DNA of 64,000 nucleotides from Blastocystis sp. Blastoise (Eukaryota > Protista > Bigyra: Opalinata). Both the position numbers and the translations under genes were made by a program. This document shows, piece by piece, positions 54,522 to 64,000 of this stretch. Each line of letters opens with the position of its first letter. The stretch's first letter is position 1. The DNA is taken from positions 1,116,001-1,180,000 of the forward strand of contig JBBPEB010000007.1 in assembly GCA_039096225.1 (NCBI GenBank). The letters run 5' to 3'. A model generated the notes under the pieces. The model made no database searches. It saw nothing but the letters and a program-made list of their open reading frames with translations, and had not been told where the DNA came from.

Positions 54522-56824
54522 CCTTGGAGAACTAATCATAATTTCACCAGGACCTCGTCTTCCAAATATATTCATAAATTCATTCCATTGTATATATAAT
54601 TGTTGATGATAAGTAAGAGGAGATTCAGATAATGAAATCATATATTGTTTTATTTTTTCTTCTTCTTCATTCTTTGATAAAGTCTATAAAGATATTTTTA
54701 TTATTATAAAAGTATATTAATAATAATATAATAATAATATAATAATAAAAAAATAATATAATAATAATATAATAATAAAAAAATAATATAATAATAAAAA
54801 TAATATGATATAAAAAAAAATAAAACATACTAATAACTTTTCAATAAATCCAGTTTCTTCTTCTTCACATTTGATAAATAATAAATGTAATTGAGTAGTT
54901 GCATAATCCATTTGACTAGCTATATTTTCTTTTCTTCCTCCATACATTCGTTCTACTTTATCTTCAAGTATTCCATATTTTAATACAATTTGATTGATTT
55001 TACGTTGAGCTAATAAAGAAGGAATTAGAAGAGGTAGAATTTCTTTAATAAGCATAGTTATATTAAAAGGAGTATCACGAAGAGAAGTTAAAGTCATTAT
55101 ATTTGTATCTTTCTTTGATTCATCAAGTATATTATTATAATAAGTCATTAATGAATTAATTTTCTCCTTAATCTCTCTACATAGACGAGAAGGATCAAAA
55201 GAAAATATCCAATTCCATAATATAGATCGAATAGTAGGTAAAACTATATTAAATATCGCTTTTATTAAAGGTTTCATAGCAATAGTAGAAGAATAATAAG
55301 GAAGATCACTCTTATTATATTCATTAGATATCTATTAATATATATAAAATTAATTATAAAATTAATTATAAATATACATAAAATTAATTAAAAAATTAAT
55401 TATAAATATACATTAGCTACTTCTTTGTCTACATTTTCTCCAAATACTTTCAAGAAAGGTTTTCTTATTAATGATATCTTCATTAAAGGTGAATATTCAA
55501 AGAACATATATCCACCTATCCATCGAACATAAGTATCTGTTTTAAACATAATATTATTAGCACAAGAGAAACTACAATAAGTCCAAGGGACTGTTAACAT
55601 TTGAATACAATTAAAATTAGTATAATTATGATATATTAATTGATATTCATCTGATAATGGATTAAGATCTATATATATTATATATAATATTATATATAAA
55701 AAATACCATTAGGTAAATCTAATAAAGTAGTAATAGGTCTTGCTTGAACTATATAGAAATGATCTTTATATACGCAAAATTCCATATCCATTGGTTTCTT
55801 ATAATATCTCTCTATATCTACAGCATATTGACTTATTGTATAAATCTATATATAAAGAATATTATTATATAATAAAATAATAAAATAATAAAACAAATCA
55901 AACCTACTTCATTATCATTAAAACAAGCTTTCTTTCCTTCTTCTTCTTTTAATTCTTTCTTTTCTGTACCTCCTTCTTTCTTTGTATATAAAGCAAATAA
56001 TTGATGATTAATAGTTCGTTCAACTATTCTTAATTCTGTCTTCTTATAAGAAACAGGATAATGTTTACGAATAGACCAATGATCTGTACTTACCATTCCA
56101 CTTACTAACGCTTCTCCTAATCCTATTACACCATCTAAAGAAATATGTTCTCGAGAACTCGTTTGAGGATCACTTGAAAAGATAACTCCTGATTTCTCAG
56201 AAGGAACCATTCTCTGAACTACTACTGCTATTGAAGTATCTATTATAGGAAATTTCTTTTCATATCGATATAAAATAGCTCGAGGAGTATATAAAGAAGA
56301 CCAACATTGTAGGACAGCTTTCTCAATATCTTCTTTATTTATAGACACATTCAATAGTGTATCATGCATACCAGCAAAAGAAGCATCACCTAAATCTTCT
56401 GTTGTCGCAGAGGAACGAACAGCTAATAAATTAATATCAAATAACGAATTATTCTTCATTTTCTCTATATAAAATAATAAATCTTCTTTATATTCTTCAG
56501 GAAAAACACTTTTAGAAAATATTTCATAGATCTCATCACTTATCATCTCAGCATCTTCTAAAGTAAATTTTGTTTGCTTCGAAATATCAGAATATTTCTT
56601 AATTAATTCAAGTTTATTTGCAAATACACGATAACCATCTGTTGTTATTATAAATCCTTCTGGCACAGGAAATCCTCCTTCTGTTAATTTCACTAATGAA
56701 GATCCTTTACCACCTAAAGCTTCTACTGAAGTAATTCCTTTTGGATTATTTATCTATTTATATTTATTTTTATTTTATATTATTATAATATATATAAATT
56801 ATATACATCTACTAAGTAAGTCAT
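53543..56824 (-). CDS. Rifamycin phosphotransferase (RPH)-like PEP-utilising enzyme
   Basis: N-terminal ATP-grasp domain (LGGKG, AVRSSATTEDLGDASFAG, DMEF..IVQARPITTL), central FGRRGPGEIMISSPRYEDKP and YREHHKY, and C-terminal swivel domain TDPGWTPLF...GGPLTHGSIVAREMGIP. Eight exons. Confidence 0.85.
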
Positions 56825-57456
56825 TTTAATTGTTAATTATTATTATTATGAAAATAAAATATGAGAATTGTTCATAAATCACACAATAATTCATTCATAA
56901 AATTAACGAATGATGCATCATTCTAAAAGAATACTCGAAATCAGAATCTTGAATCGAATTCTTATTTCAGCGAATGAGAGTTATATTAAAGATTTGATAG
57001 AATTCTTTGTGTAAGAGAAGCTTTATAAACACAAAAAACTGAAGATAACAACATGATACTTTTTCTGGCAAATTCCAAAACTTCTGATTTCATGATTTTT
57101 TTTTCAAAAAATAGGGTTAAAAAAAGAATTTTTATAAAAATATTTCTATAAAAGAATTCATATGTTGTTGGCCAATTTAGTGTTTTATGGATTGAAAATA
57201 ATTGTCTAGTTGAGAAAATAGCTTAGACAAAAAGAAAATGAGTGTCATGACGTAGAGATTTTTTTTCAAGTTTTATTATGAATGGATTAGATGATGATTT
57301 CATTATTTATTTTTATTGTACATGATGAATTGAAACAAAATAAACCATATGAACAGCAACAAGAAAAAAATAAATGAATATATTTAAAAAGTAAACTAAA
57401 TATAGCAAGAATATATAGATATAATAATGAAACTGAGTTATGGAATCAATTAGATA

Positions 57457-59546
<2,090 letters not shown>

Positions 59547-60310
59547 GAAGTCGATGGATTATAATTAAATAGATAGAAACTGAATTCAAATAGAGAGTAC
59601 GGTTATTTCTATTGGATGAACGAATATTTTGTAACAGATAGGAGTTCTTTTTTGTTTTTTTACATATGTATATTCATTAAACGACTTTATTTTCTATTAG
59701 AGAGTATCATATCAGATACTGATAATATATAGAAAACAAATAAATTATCTTAGTCGACGAAATTGTCTCATTATGTGTTGAATGTCACGTAAAATACAGT
59801 CTCTACTTTTCTTAGTATTATAAATAAATATCTATATGGTTCAAGTAAGTTTTTGTATATAGTTCATTATATGTGTATTGATAATAAAGCCTTTATAACA
59901 CAAGTTAAGTATTGACTAAGATTGATTTCGTTAAAGTTACTGTTTAGCTATAAATAGTTGATGAATAGAGCACAAAATAAATCAACAAACTATAATAAGA
60001 AAAAAAATATATAAAGAAGACAAAAAGAGAAAAAGAGAAAAATGAAAAAAATGATGATTCCCATAAAATATATAAATTAAGAAAAAGTATATGTAGTCCT
60101 ATATTAGAATGAATAAAAATGATATATATATATATTAAAAAGAGTAAAGAATGAGAAATTCAAAAGAAAATAGAGTGCTACACATATAATAATGGAATAT
60201 ATATAACAAATAATTTTTATTACATATCATTCAAAAGATACTTGTAAAACAAAGATAGAAAAATATATTTATTTGATATTCTAAATAATAGTGAATATAT
60301 ATATATATAT

Positions 60311-64000
<3,690 letters not shown>

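Noticed and set aside
53543-56824. Annotation as pyruvate phosphate dikinase or PEP synthase
   Set aside because: The His swivel domain is C-terminal and there is no pyruvate-binding TIM barrel. The domain order is that of RPH.

Overview
Very AT-rich, intron-rich eukaryotic nuclear DNA. The organism looks like a protist; a Blastocystis-like stramenopile is my inference from gene content, minor introns and TGTTT-rich 3' motifs, and is not proven. I traced about 22 spliced protein genes by hand: a membrane-anchored USP, a SAM methyltransferase, an AFG2B-like AAA ATPase, a GORAB-like protein, RPC11, a C2H2 zinc-finger protein, RUVBL2, a PPR protein, a DCR2-like phosphoesterase, YIPF1/2, SARAF, TAF12, an RNFT-like RING ligase, an AI-2E transporter, two tandem paralogous membrane proteins, a rifamycin-phosphotransferase-like enzyme, a P2X receptor, a U2AF65-like protein, a hypothetical gene and two transposases. 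There are also two tRNAs. The main structure is a pair of near-identical, intact hAT transposons in inverted orientation (9051-11977 and 37933-40873). Their 8-bp target-site duplications are exchanged, which indicates that the ~26 kb between them has been inverted. Each copy sits exactly 42 nt upstream of a host start codon. Other notable signals: a tRNA-Val with a bacterial-type GAC anticodon, AT-donor minor (U12) introns, two introns that appear to begin with TT, introns bounded by or made entirely of (AT)n, a rebuilt U2AF65-like gene, an intron-containing rifamycin kinase homologue, and an over-represented exonic near-palindrome TTCCCRCGGGAA. Exon models are manual and have no transcript support.
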